Below the pieces are notes generated by a model. The model saw only the letters and a list, made by a program, of their open reading frames with translations. It was not told the DNA's origin and searched no databases. DNA of 64,000 bases from Methanomicrobia archaeon (GTDB lineage: Archaea; Halobacteriota; Syntropharchaeia; Alkanophagales; Methanospirareceae): positions 1,348 to 65,347 of the forward strand of contig DSCO01000060.1 of assembly GCA_011049045.1 (NCBI GenBank), written 5' to 3'. This document shows, in pieces, positions 1 through 9,696 of the stretch. Numbering within the stretch: position 1 is the stretch's first letter; each line of letters opens with the position of its first letter. The position numbers and the translations under genes are program-made.

Positions 1-79
1 CGGGTTAGAAATGTGCTCATGCGCGGATAGCATGTTCTTCAAGCAGGGTTAACAACACCTCCCGCTGGTGTCCAGCCGG

Positions 80-1381
80 TTATCTAGATCGTCCAAACGC
101 CGCGTCCTCATTAACGTGGTATTCCAGAGCGAGGTGAACAAGTACGCCCAGAATAACGAGCACAAACCCCAGGCTGAGCACCTCGGTCGGTAAGTAGATC
201 AGCATGAAGAGCGCGGTGAGCAGACCCAGAAACGGTAAAACCGGGAATCGGCCGATGGTGAGTGGCGTTTTGAAGCCGGTTTCCACCGGTTGCCGGTACC
301 TGAAATAAATGACCGAGGCATTGACCATGATGAAAATGATAAAGATCGTGAAGTTCGCGAGATTGGCGATCGTCGCCAGATCACCAAGAAATACGAAGGG
401 GATAGAAACACCGACGACTGCTATGATCGCGATCCACGGTGTCTGCAGTTTCTCCGAGGTCGAGAGGAAGATCCCGGGCAGGGCCCGGTATGCTGCGATG
501 CCGTAGACAAGCCGCGAGCTACTGAGGAGCGTTACCAGCACGGTATTGAAGGTCGAAAAAAGGGCAATAACCGATAACACGAGTGCGAGACGATCGCCGT
601 ACACACGCTGTGCGATAAGTGCAAGTGGCGCCTCCGCCTGTGCTAATTCCTGCCATGAAACAACGCTCAACGCGGCAATCACCACAAGGACATAAATCAC
701 GGTGGTCATACTGATGGCGAGCAGAATAGCCCGCGGCATATTCTTCTCCGGCTCTTTCGTTTCTTCTGCCAGCCGCGCAATGTTCTCAAAGCCGATATAA
801 CTGAAGAAAATCAATACACCCGCTTCTATAACGCCGTTCAGACCCCGTGCCAGCTCGAGATAGTCGATTGTGTTGAGATACGGCACGCCGATGAAGATGA
901 TAATGAGCAAACCGCTCGCTTCGATCAGGGTGAAGAGAATGGTGATGAACGCCGTCTCTTTTATTCCCGCAATGAGAATGACACCGCAGACGAGCAGCGT
1001 CGCGACCGCGATCACCGGAATGGTGGTCTGAAAAAGGGCGGAGAAGTACTTCGCGAAACCAACCGCAACGGTCGCAGCCGCAATGATGCTGCCCACGATG
1101 ATCAACCAGCCGGTAAGCCCTGCTAAGGTATCACCAAAGGATCTCTCGATATACACGTATTCCGCTCCTGCTTCGGGGAACCGGGAAGACAGCTCGGCAT
1201 AGCTTAATCCGGTTAATGCAGCAACGATACCAGCAAGCAGTACCGAGAGCCACAAACCATTACCACTGAGCCCTGCCGCCGCCCCGATAATCACATAGAT
1301 ACCGGCGCCGAGAATGACCCCGATACCCATCACCGTTATCTGCCAGAGCCCCAGAGCACGTTTCAACACGTCTCTTCTCAC
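80..1381 (-). CDS. APC-superfamily amino acid/polyamine permease
   Basis: 433-aa ORF with about 12 hydrophobic spans. Gly-rich first helix (ITVMGIGVILGAGIYVIIG) is typical of APC transporters. Confidence 0.8.
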   Translation of the reverse strand: MRRDVLKRALGLWQITVMGIGVILGAGIYVIIGAAAGLSGNGLWLSVLLAGIVAALTGLSYAELSSRFPEAGAEYVYIERSFGDTLAGLTGWLIIVGSIIAAATVAVGFAKYFSALFQTTIPVIAVATLLVCGVILIAGIKETAFITILFTLIEASGLLIIIFIGVPYLNTIDYLELARGLNGVIEAGVLIFFSYIGFENIARLAEETKEPEKNMPRAILLAISMTTVIYVLVVIAALSVVSWQELAQAEAPLALIAQRVYGDRLALVLSVIALFSTFNTVLVTLLSSSRLVYGIAAYRALPGIFLSTSEKLQTPWIAIIAVVGVSIPFVFLGDLATIANLANFTIFIIFIMVNASVIYFRYRQPVETGFKTPLTIGRFPVLPFLGLLTALFMLIYLPTEVLSLGFVLVILGVLVHLALEYHVNEDAAFGRSR

Positions 1382-1523
1382 TCCTCGCTGTTACCTGTGG
1401 TTGCGGTGAATCATAATGGTTTCTGGTAAATGAGCATTTCTTCACGGAGCTGTTGTCCACATGCTGAAACGGCGAAAAGCTCACGGGCCCGCGGTCTGCT
1501 ACCGGCAGGGTCTGGTGAGCAGA

Positions 1524-2576
1524 TTACAGCACCCCGAGCAACTGCTGGTTTCCGATATTCACGTTATTCAGGTATCGTTTGGCCGTCTCGTAGCAGCGTT
1601 TCACCTGCTCACGCGGCGTGATCGGCAGATCGCGCATACAGAAATCGGGATGGAAGACGAGTAACGAATACGGTATCTCAGGGTTCAGGTCCGCAATGAA
1701 CTTCGCGATCTGCTCTATCTCCTGCTCGTCGACATAAAAGGGTACGAGCAGCGTCGTCGCGGTAAGCACCGGGGGTTCGGAATGCTCGAAATACCGGTGT
1801 GCGATCCGCTCGAAGTTCTCGTACGCGCGCTGGTTGGAAACGCCGCACAGTGCTAGGCCCAGATGCGGGTTAAAGGCTTTGAGGTCGAACTTGACGATCC
1901 CGCCGCTGGTGACTGAGAGCTCAGCCGCACGTTTCACTAACGTTCTATTGCCGCAACCGTTCCATTCCCAGCAGATTCGCACGGTTCGCTTCGCCAGAAC
2001 AGCCTCAGAAGCGCGCAGTGCAAACGGGAGCTGCGGCTCGGGACTGCCACCGAAATAACAGATGCAGTGGACATCGTCACGCCGGGTCACGCCGGCAACG
2101 AACTGATTGACACTCACAGGCTTGATCGCCTGGAACTCCTTGTGCGATGCGTTCTGACAGAAGAGGCAGTTGAAGTTGCACCCGTAGCTGAAGACTGCCA
2201 CGTTCACCTTATCGTATTGCGCGGAGCCGGGGCAGAACCATGCCGCGCAGCAGTTCGTTGGCAACGGATCGATATACGAATACAGGATCGCATGGTCGTG
2301 GGGCGCTGCGGATCTCAGTTTACCGTCCACGTTCGTTCGCAGCCCGCAGTAGCCCCACGCACCCTCTGGTATCACGCACTCGTTCGCGCAGGTGGTGCAG
2401 CGTATCCCACCTTCGCTTCGCGGTGGCTCAACCGGAAGGCGGTACTGCGCTCTGATGCGCGCATGTACGCTCCTGACGAGCTCTAACGCTTCTGCTCGGC
2501 CGCTGCGAAGGCAGTCGACGCAGACCTGCAACGCGGCTGATACATGCTCCTTACCGCAGAGGATGCAGTTTCGCAT
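1524..2576 (-). CDS. Radical SAM enzyme (PflA/AmrS-like activase family)
   Basis: 350 aa. CxxxCxxC cluster motif in YGCNFNCLFCQNASH, preceded by Cys-rich N-terminal segments (CILCG..CVDC; CTTCANEC). Confidence 0.8.
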   Translation of the reverse strand: MRNCILCGKEHVSAALQVCVDCLRSGRAEALELVRSVHARIRAQYRLPVEPPRSEGGIRCTTCANECVIPEGAWGYCGLRTNVDGKLRSAAPHDHAILYSYIDPLPTNCCAAWFCPGSAQYDKVNVAVFSYGCNFNCLFCQNASHKEFQAIKPVSVNQFVAGVTRRDDVHCICYFGGSPEPQLPFALRASEAVLAKRTVRICWEWNGCGNRTLVKRAAELSVTSGGIVKFDLKAFNPHLGLALCGVSNQRAYENFERIAHRYFEHSEPPVLTATTLLVPFYVDEQEIEQIAKFIADLNPEIPYSLLVFHPDFCMRDLPITPREQVKRCYETAKRYLNNVNIGNQQLLGVL

Positions 2577-2635
2577 TGCTGATCCTTTTCAGTGTCGGCT
2601 TTACCAAACGTAAGTCTTACGTCAGATCGTCTCGA

Positions 2636-3991
2636 TCAGTGTATTTTCAGCCCGTAATTTTCCGCGATCTCCAGAAACGCCGCGCTCAGGTACTTCACAC
2701 GCGCCCAGCTCAGCCCGTACGTGTTCAGTTTCCACACGCGTGTCGAGCCCGCGAACTCGCCCACGATCTTCCGCTTCTTTAAGTCCTCACTGAGGAAGTA
2801 GCCCCGGCGTTTATGCGTCTTCGCGATCTGATCGAAGCTCGCACGCGTGTCCACCCGCGAGAGTGTGTGCCTGCGCGGGTATTCACTCATGATCCTGTTC
2901 CCGTCGATGCGGAGGAACTCGCGAGCAAAGTAATTCGACTTCGCCACTTCATCGTCCCAGTGCTGCACCCGCTCCTTCACGGCCGGGAATGAGGCCATCA
3001 TTGAGAGAACCGTCGCGCCCATCAAGGTGCACCCGAGCAGCTCAGGCTCCTTGTGCTCGAAGCGCCTCCCGGTGCGGTCGCCCATGATACCGCTGCCTCT
3101 GAACACTCTGGACGACCATGCCGCGGTCGTCGCGAGGATGCCGGAGGGCGCAACGGCAGCCATGCCCTTGTGCCCCGAACCGACGAGGAAATCTGCGCCG
3201 ATCTCCTTACCGTTAACGGGCATCATCCCCACGGCATACGCGCCGTTACAGAGGAACGGGATGCCGTAATCCTGTGCTACCGTGCCAACGCCCGCGACAT
3301 CGTGCACGTTACCGTAACTGTAATCCACGAGCTCGATGATAATCAGCTTTGGCAGCTTCCCCGTCTCGCTCTTCACCACGTCGATCGCTTCCGCGACCGC
3401 CTCGCCGGTGATAACGTGCTCCTCACCGGACGTAGCCTCGCGTATAACGCCACCGGCGAGTTCAACAGCCAGGAATTCCGTGTAGTGCGCCAGATCCGAG
3501 ACGATGACGACGTCGCCACGCGCCACCAGTGAGGACGTAACAGCCTGAAAGCCGCGACGCGCACCAGGCAGTACGCGCACCTCGTCCATGCCCACGAACT
3601 CAGCCAATTCGGCGTGAAATTCCGCGATCGGCGGCTGCGTTATCTCATCCAGTCGGCCCGTCAGGCACCGGTCACAGACCGAATAGCCATCACCATAGGC
3701 AATGAGCGCCTTGCGCGCGTCCACCGTCAACCGTCCACCGGCCTGGATGGGATTGATATTGATGTATTCCTCTTCCCGTGTCCGCAATTCGAGATCGGGC
3801 GTAACCTGCTTGATCGGAATGCCGTTGCCCGCCTTCAACTCCTGTATGAGCTGCTCGAGGTGCGCAATGCGGGCTGAAACGTGCGCTTCCTCCTGCTCGT
3901 CAAGGCCAGCCGGTACGGTGTGCCGGTAAAGCTCACGCAACTCTTCAAGCGCGAACAACGCCTCATAGATCTTTCGTACTCGGATATCCAT
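2636..3991 (-). CDS. pscS: O-phospho-L-seryl-tRNA:Cys-tRNA synthase (SepCysS) with N-terminal helical extension
   Basis: 451 aa. Core motifs NINPIQAGGRLT and GSGHKGMAA (PLP-lysine) match SepCysS. About 65 extra helical residues lie at the N-terminus. Confidence 0.8.
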   Translation of the reverse strand: MDIRVRKIYEALFALEELRELYRHTVPAGLDEQEEAHVSARIAHLEQLIQELKAGNGIPIKQVTPDLELRTREEEYININPIQAGGRLTVDARKALIAYGDGYSVCDRCLTGRLDEITQPPIAEFHAELAEFVGMDEVRVLPGARRGFQAVTSSLVARGDVVIVSDLAHYTEFLAVELAGGVIREATSGEEHVITGEAVAEAIDVVKSETGKLPKLIIIELVDYSYGNVHDVAGVGTVAQDYGIPFLCNGAYAVGMMPVNGKEIGADFLVGSGHKGMAAVAPSGILATTAAWSSRVFRGSGIMGDRTGRRFEHKEPELLGCTLMGATVLSMMASFPAVKERVQHWDDEVAKSNYFAREFLRIDGNRIMSEYPRRHTLSRVDTRASFDQIAKTHKRRGYFLSEDLKKRKIVGEFAGSTRVWKLNTYGLSWARVKYLSAAFLEIAENYGLKIH

Positions 3992-4100
3992 TCCACCGAC
4001 ACTCTGTGTGTGAACTTTTCCTCAGTGTCCTTAATTAGCTTCTTAGGAGCAGAGCTAGGTAAAGATTCTTACGATCAGCGCTGATGGCACGTTCATAACG

Positions 4101-5372
4101 TTACACCGCAAACATGCCCGAGAAATGCAGGAGCAGCGTTATGCCCAGAGCGATCACCCCGAGCACCATCCCGCCCAACGTATAGCACCGATAGCCAGCC
4201 GCTGGCGTGAGCTCCGCAAGCTCCACCACCGTCCAGAAGTACGCGTCATTCGCGTGCGAGATCATGAACGTGCCTGAGGCCAGAGCGAATAGCACGAGCA
4301 GAGGGTGCAGGCCCAGGGACGGTAAAATCGGCGCCAGAAGGCCAGGGACAACGATGAACGTGACGAGCCGCGAGCCCTGCACGGTCTGGATCGCGACGGC
4401 GAGCAGGAAGGGGATGAAGAGCGCGGGCAGTCCTGACTTGATAACCACCGCGCTGAGCTCCAGACCAACGCCGGTCATTCCCAGGACCGCGCCAAGCGCA
4501 CCGCCTGCGCAGAGCACCATGAGGATCCCGCCACCCCGTCGTACCGCTTCCCCGGTCCAGAGGTTGCGGTTCTCCTGCCCCAAACGGCTCGTGGTAAGAA
4601 AGGCGAGTGCAACGCCGATCAAGAGCGCGATGTTCGGATCACCCACGTAGTCCAGCACGGGGCGGGGCACGAGAAGCTGCGCGAAGATGAGCACTACGGG
4701 CACGAGGATGGGCGGATAGGCGCGTAATCTGCTCGCGCGCGCTCTGACCGTGCCAACCGTGCTCACGGGAATCGCTCCGACCCTGCAGAACCGCTGCGCG
4801 TACCAGTAGCCGACCAGTGATGTGGGAATCGCGATCATGACACCGAGCAGCACGATCTCCGGGCCAACCACCCCAAGTTCGGTCGCGGCAGAATACACGC
4901 CTGGTGCGGGATAGATGAGCTCGTAGGAGGCGAGTGTGCCCAGGCTCAGCGAGGTCGCGACCACGCCCACGGGTATCTTCTGCCTGAGGGCTATTTCACG
5001 TGCGATGGGAATCAGGATAATATAGGCGAGGATGCAGCACATCACCGGCAATGCCACGAGGAACCCGAGCATATTCAGGGCAAGGACCGGTCTCTTCGTG
5101 AGCCGGATGATATCATCGGCAATCACCGTTGTTCCGCCGATACCCTCCAAAATCGTGCCGATGATGCTGCCGCAGACGATGATGATCCCCAGCTGATAGA
5201 GCACCCGGCTCATGCCCGTCAAGAGCGATTCCAGGCCCGCAAACGGCCGCCCTGCCGCGATCGCCACGAAGATCGAGACGCCCAGCAAACTCAGAAAGGG
5301 ATGGATACGCAATATCGTGGTGAGCACCAGGATCAGAGCCAGGGCGAGCAGGAAAATGATGAGCGGGGACAT
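4101..5372 (-). CDS. GntP-like anion:H+ symporter family permease
   Basis: Track ORF 4101-5507 trimmed to the internal ATG at 5372 (MSPLIIFLLAL...), where the hydrophobic core begins. Multi-pass permease. Family call rests on overall resemblance only. Confidence 0.65.
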   Translation of the reverse strand: MSPLIIFLLALALILVLTTILRIHPFLSLLGVSIFVAIAAGRPFAGLESLLTGMSRVLYQLGIIIVCGSIIGTILEGIGGTTVIADDIIRLTKRPVLALNMLGFLVALPVMCCILAYIILIPIAREIALRQKIPVGVVATSLSLGTLASYELIYPAPGVYSAATELGVVGPEIVLLGVMIAIPTSLVGYWYAQRFCRVGAIPVSTVGTVRARASRLRAYPPILVPVVLIFAQLLVPRPVLDYVGDPNIALLIGVALAFLTTSRLGQENRNLWTGEAVRRGGGILMVLCAGGALGAVLGMTGVGLELSAVVIKSGLPALFIPFLLAVAIQTVQGSRLVTFIVVPGLLAPILPSLGLHPLLVLFALASGTFMISHANDAYFWTVVELAELTPAAGYRCYTLGGMVLGVIALGITLLLHFSGMFAV

Positions 5373-5507
5373 ACTCGTTCGATACGGTATCTTCAGCCGT
5401 TGCGCTATTCTGCATTTAGGTACGCGCCCTGCGTTAATAACGTTCACCCTCGGGTGTCCTTTAATAGTTCTCGTTTTGATAGTAGAAGTACAGGAGGTGA
5501 GTGGCAA

Positions 5508-5792
5508 ATGCCAAGTGCATGCGGGTTAGCGTGCGAAGTTTGCGGCCTGCGGGAGCAAGGATTCTGCCCCCTCGACGGCTGTGTACCGGGGACCGATCAC
5601 GCAGCTCAGGAGAAGCTGGAAAAGTTCACCGTCGCGGTTGGCCATCCCTGCTTCATTCTTGAGTGCGCGATCAAGAACCATGTGGATCATTGCACGCGCT
5701 GCCCCGAATTCCCCTGCCCGATCCATTACCAGCAGGGGCTCTACAGCGAGAAACTCCTCGACATGATTAAAGGCATACGCGGGAAGAAGTAG
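5508..5792 (+). CDS. Cys-rich DUF3795-like protein
   Basis: ATG at 5508 is preceded by AGGAGGTGA (5492-5500). 94 aa with CGLACEVCG ... CTRCPEFPC cysteine pattern. The upstream part of track ORF 5301-5792 overlaps the divergent permease start and is discarded. Confidence 0.6.
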   Translation: MPSACGLACEVCGLREQGFCPLDGCVPGTDHAAQEKLEKFTVAVGHPCFILECAIKNHVDHCTRCPEFPCPIHYQQGLYSEKLLDMIKGIRGKK

Positions 5793-5909
5793 TTCGCTCT
5801 TCGCGAATAGATGCGCCCGTCAATACCTTCCGGGTTTGAGTGAGAGCAGCTTGTCTGCTGGTAGTGATATGCCCTGCTCATGGGCGATCATCCGATTGCC
5901 CGATCGAGA

Positions 5910-6098
5910 CTACATCCCTATGTAGTTGAGCAATCCATAGACCAGAAAGGCGGGCCATACGATCGCCTTCAAAAATCCGAGCACGCCCATCCAGAACGTT
6001 GTTGCCGTTCCGATAAAATGCACTGCCGCTCCGATAAACCCGAGGAAATAGAAAGCACCTGCCGGACCACTTCCCTGCATTTTTTGTTCTTTGTGCAT
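5910..6098 (-). CDS. Small two-helix membrane protein
   Basis: 62 aa with two hydrophobic helices (GAFYFLGFIGAAVHFI / FWMGVLGFLKAIVWPAFLVYGLL). BRE/TATA-like CCGAAAAGCTTAATTA lies about 30 nt upstream on the minus strand. Confidence 0.5.
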   Translation of the reverse strand: MHKEQKMQGSGPAGAFYFLGFIGAAVHFIGTATTFWMGVLGFLKAIVWPAFLVYGLLNYIGM

Positions 6099-6121
6099 GT
6101 GTTAGAGTGAATAGGAACCTG

Positions 6122-6137
6122 TAATTAAGCTTTTCGG
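6122..6137 (-). promoter_or_regulatory. BRE/TATA-like element upstream of the small membrane protein gene
   Basis: Minus-strand CCGAAAAGCTTAATTA sits about 25-35 nt upstream of the ATG at 6098. Same AAAGCTT+A/T-box pattern as at 13967-13981 and 39344-39355. Confidence 0.4.
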
Positions 6138-6543
6138 TCATTGATTGCCGGTGCGAGCAGTCTTACTACTCAGTGCCGTTTGCACCTGACGGAACTCTGC
6201 GGGCGGACATTTTCGGGTCATAGTTCACAACGAGTACTATTTTTCTATCCTCCAAACCCGATTTGCTTGTTCGCTCTTGTCTTCACAATGAAATGTTCCA
6301 GTCTCTTTTTAAATTACTCAGGCCGTTTTCGGGCTCGTCGATATAAGCAAGCAATGCCTATCCTTCTGTAAGCATGCGAAAAAGGGTGGTAATTTTCCCC
6401 TGCCACCTCATCGTCTTTTGGTGCTTCTATACTATCAGGCGGGGAAACAAACGGTTCTTTGAGGATTTTTTTAGCACTTCGTGCAGTGAAGTGAAGGATG
6501 CAGCAGGTTCTCGGTGAGCAGCCGGTCTTGAGGTTGTTCATGT

Positions 6544-7482
6544 TCACCAATCGGTCTTGAGATCTTCGCTCACGCGGGGGACCAATCCACCGGTAATTTC
6601 TCGCGTTATGGAGAAATGAACTTTAGCGACATCCAGCAGGGCATCCACACCGTATTCTTTTACAAACTGCGTGCCAAATGTCACGACATTCGAGGACCCT
6701 TTCGGAAATAACGTGTCATACCGCTCACCCAGCTCACGTAATTTACCAACAAATGTATCGCGTGCCAGTATAGAAGCGGCAGCAACAGCTCGATCACGCT
6801 CGGCTTTTGGCAGTTGAACCAACTCTATTTCTCTTCCGTTCCTCATCAACGCAGTTTCAATGTAACGTTTATCTCCAAACTGGTCAGCGATTGCCACTTT
6901 GCAGTCCGTTCCGGCACGCAATATATTTTCTATCGCCCTTGCATGTGCCCATCCCAGAATCTTGTTTAAATTACCCACTTTTTGGTATAAGATATTGTAC
7001 TTTGCGGGGCTGATCCAGATGACTGCATAGTCCTCTTTGCTTAGCAATCGCTTGATTTCAAAAGCGAGATTCGAAATGGTTGTCTCAGCAAGCGTTTTAG
7101 AATCTCTGACCCCGCGTATTGATAACTCCTTTTCCGTTTCTGCTGTGATCAGAACACCTGCGACCACTAACGGCCCAAAGTAATCACCTTTTCCCGCTTC
7201 ATCGGTGCCTATTCTGGTACCTGAAACAGGTATAGGCGGATATTCCTTCTCTTTTTCCGCCCGGTCAACAGAGCCTATTGATAACAGGAACTCCGTTAGT
7301 TCCTGGATCCCCGCTTTGTTGCTGCCGCCGAATACGATTTTACCGCTACTATACAGGTTAACGACAAGGGTATCGTTTCGTGCCAAAAAGTCCTGATTGG
7401 GTCGCGGTTCGAATGAGAACCCGGCGGTCTCTAAATACTGCCGCAGTTTATGCTTCTGTTCTTCGGTCACGTGGAAGGTCAT
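6544..7482 (-). CDS. rnhC: Ribonuclease HIII
   Basis: 312 aa. An approximately 85-aa N-terminal domain is followed by GTDEAGKGDYFGPLVVAGV, DSKTL, IADQFG and AVAAASILAR motifs, as in bacterial RNase HIII. Confidence 0.8.
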   Translation of the reverse strand: MTFHVTEEQKHKLRQYLETAGFSFEPRPNQDFLARNDTLVVNLYSSGKIVFGGSNKAGIQELTEFLLSIGSVDRAEKEKEYPPIPVSGTRIGTDEAGKGDYFGPLVVAGVLITAETEKELSIRGVRDSKTLAETTISNLAFEIKRLLSKEDYAVIWISPAKYNILYQKVGNLNKILGWAHARAIENILRAGTDCKVAIADQFGDKRYIETALMRNGREIELVQLPKAERDRAVAAASILARDTFVGKLRELGERYDTLFPKGSSNVVTFGTQFVKEYGVDALLDVAKVHFSITREITGGLVPRVSEDLKTDW

Positions 7483-7510
7483 AGGACCACCCTTTAGACA
7501 GAGTTAGCCG

Positions 7511-7518
7511 TTTAAATA
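7511..7518 (-). promoter_or_regulatory. TATA box candidate for rnhC
   Basis: TTTAAATA is centred about 32 nt upstream of the rnhC ATG (7482), implying a very short leader. Confidence 0.4.
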
Positions 7519-7896
7519 GCCGTTGTCGTCGCTTATGCTTTGTGCACACCGTCTTAGATTAGATAGACTCTTCTGGACGGATCGCTTGTCTCCTCGATTT
7601 CCCGTCCCGTCATTCGGGGATATCCCCTGCTCGCCTTATCCCACAACCGGCCCAGCAGACGTTACCAACACGGTCCTTGATACAACTACTCTCTTTTGGA
7701 TCGCAATGACCTTATGAACTCGTTCATTTTCCTTCCGTACGTAGGTGGGAGAATGCAGCGGACAGTAGCGGCCGCTTTGAAGAATTCCTCGCGCGAGTTC
7801 GCCGCGTAGGTTGTCTGCTTTTATAATGGGCACCGACATACTATTACTAGCTCCATCACCAATAATTCTCACAGCAGAGAATCCCGGGAGTGAAAA

Positions 7897-9696
7897 GTGA
7901 CAATGACAAAAGAGAAGCTGAGCGGTGCGGAGATCGTCGTGGCAGAATTGAAGACTGAGGGTGTTGAGGTCGCCTTTGGAATCCCGGGCGGCGTTCTCCT
8001 GGACTTATACGAGGTACTGTATTCAGAGGACTCGATACGGCACATTCTCATGCGGCACGAGCAGTGCGCAGCCCACGCGGCTGACGGCTATGCACGTGTC
8101 TCCGGCAAGACCGGTGTCTGCATCGCGACCTCAGGTCCAGGCGCCACGAACCTGGTAACGGGACTGGCGAACGCGAGTATGGACTCTGCACCGGTCGTGG
8201 CCCTCACCGGCCAGGTGCCGACCGCAGCGATCGGCAGCAACGCCTTCCAGGAGGCCAGCACCTTCACCATCACCATGCCGGTGACGAAGCATAACTTCCT
8301 CGTGAAACGCACGGCTGATCTCCCGAAAGTCATCCATAACGCCTTTCATATCGCCAATACCGGTCGAAAAGGCGTCGTCCTGATCGATCTCCCCAAGGAC
8401 GTGCTGGCAACAAGAATCGAGACCGTGCTGCACCCGAAAGAGACGTTCGCGGGCTATAAGCCGAATATCAAGCCGAATCGGGTGCAGATAAAGAAAGCGG
8501 TCGAGGCGTTGCTCAATGCAGAACGCCCGCTCATCCTGGCTGGTGGCGGGGTTATCAGCGCGGATGCAAGCGAAGAGCTCAGGTACCTCGCGGAATTCCT
8601 CGGGGCTCCGGTGGTCACCACGCTCCTCGGCAAAGGCGCTTTCCCCGAGTCGCACCCGTTCTCTCTGGGGATGGCCGGCATGCACGGTCGCATCTACGCC
8701 AATCGCGCCATCAACGAATGCGACGCGCTGCTCGCCGTTGGCACTCGGTTCAGCGACCGGTTAACCGGCTGGCTCCTGGACCAATTCGCGCCCGAAGCGA
8801 CCTTGATCCACGTGGACATCGACGCTGCCGAGATCAACAAGAATATCCCGGTTGATATCCCGATCCAGGGCGATGCGAAGCTCGCACTTACCGAGCTCAT
8901 GCTCTGGTTGGAGCGCCGTAAAAACGCGTCTGCGAGCGATACCGTCTGGACGCAGCGGATAAAGGAGATGCACGCGGCCTGTGAGGATTGCATCAATGAC
9001 GTCTGGCGGGAAGGCACCTCGCTCTCTGATCGGTTCATCAAGGAGCTGAATCGCATCCTCGATGACGATGTCATCGTCACGACCGAGGTGGGACAGTGCC
9101 AGATGTATGCGGCACATTATTACATGACCCAAAAGCCGCGCATGTTCATCTCATCAGGCGGGCTGGGCACGATGGGATTCGGATTCCCTGCGGCGATCGG
9201 GGCAAAGGTCGCGGCACCGGACACCAGGGTCGTGGATATCGCGGGTGATGGCAGTTTTCTCATGACCTGTCAGGATCTGGCCACCTGCGTCGAGAACGAT
9301 ATACCCGTCGTGGTCTGCATCTTCCACAACCGGTATCTCGGTATGGTACGCCAGTGGCAGGAGCTCTTCTTCAGGAAGAAATATTCACATACCGGGCTGG
9401 GCATCACGCCCGATTTCGTGAAGCTGGCCGAGGCGTTTGGTGCCTACGGCGAGCGGGTGGAGAAGCCGGAAGATCTACGGAACGCCCTCCACAACGCCTT
9501 CGAATCGGGTAAGCCCGCAGTGATCGACATGATCGTGGGGAACGAGGACAAGGTACTGCCGATGATCCCGCCCGGTGGCGGGTTGATCGGTATGATCGGC
9601 ACGGAGCACTGCACCCCGCTCCCAACACCGGTACGACGGTCCGCCGAGGTGACCAGAGCGGCAGGACTCGTGGAACTGGCAGGAGCAGAAGAATGA
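7897..9696 (+). CDS. ilvB: Acetolactate synthase large subunit
   Basis: 599 aa ThDP enzyme (GIPGG, GPGATN, GGLGTMGFGFPAAIGA, GDGSF motifs). GTG at 7897 or ATG at 7903. Followed by ilvN and ilvC. Confidence 0.9.
   Translation: MTMTKEKLSGAEIVVAELKTEGVEVAFGIPGGVLLDLYEVLYSEDSIRHILMRHEQCAAHAADGYARVSGKTGVCIATSGPGATNLVTGLANASMDSAPVVALTGQVPTAAIGSNAFQEASTFTITMPVTKHNFLVKRTADLPKVIHNAFHIANTGRKGVVLIDLPKDVLATRIETVLHPKETFAGYKPNIKPNRVQIKKAVEALLNAERPLILAGGGVISADASEELRYLAEFLGAPVVTTLLGKGAFPESHPFSLGMAGMHGRIYANRAINECDALLAVGTRFSDRLTGWLLDQFAPEATLIHVDIDAAEINKNIPVDIPIQGDAKLALTELMLWLERRKNASASDTVWTQRIKEMHAACEDCINDVWREGTSLSDRFIKELNRILDDDVIVTTEVGQCQMYAAHYYMTQKPRMFISSGGLGTMGFGFPAAIGAKVAAPDTRVVDIAGDGSFLMTCQDLATCVENDIPVVVCIFHNRYLGMVRQWQELFFRKKYSHTGLGITPDFVKLAEAFGAYGERVEKPEDLRNALHNAFESGKPAVIDMIVGNEDKVLPMIPPGGGLIGMIGTEHCTPLPTPVRRSAEVTRAAGLVELAGAEE

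Noticed and set aside
8131-8685. Long antisense or overlapping ORFs inside well-supported genes (for example 8131-8685, 25203-26111, 47288-48271, 51460-52233, 62264-63073, 33793-34446)
   Set aside because: They lie opposite or out of frame within genes that have clear conserved motifs. Their products are Arg/Pro/Ala-rich and low in complexity, typical of shadow ORFs in high-GC DNA.
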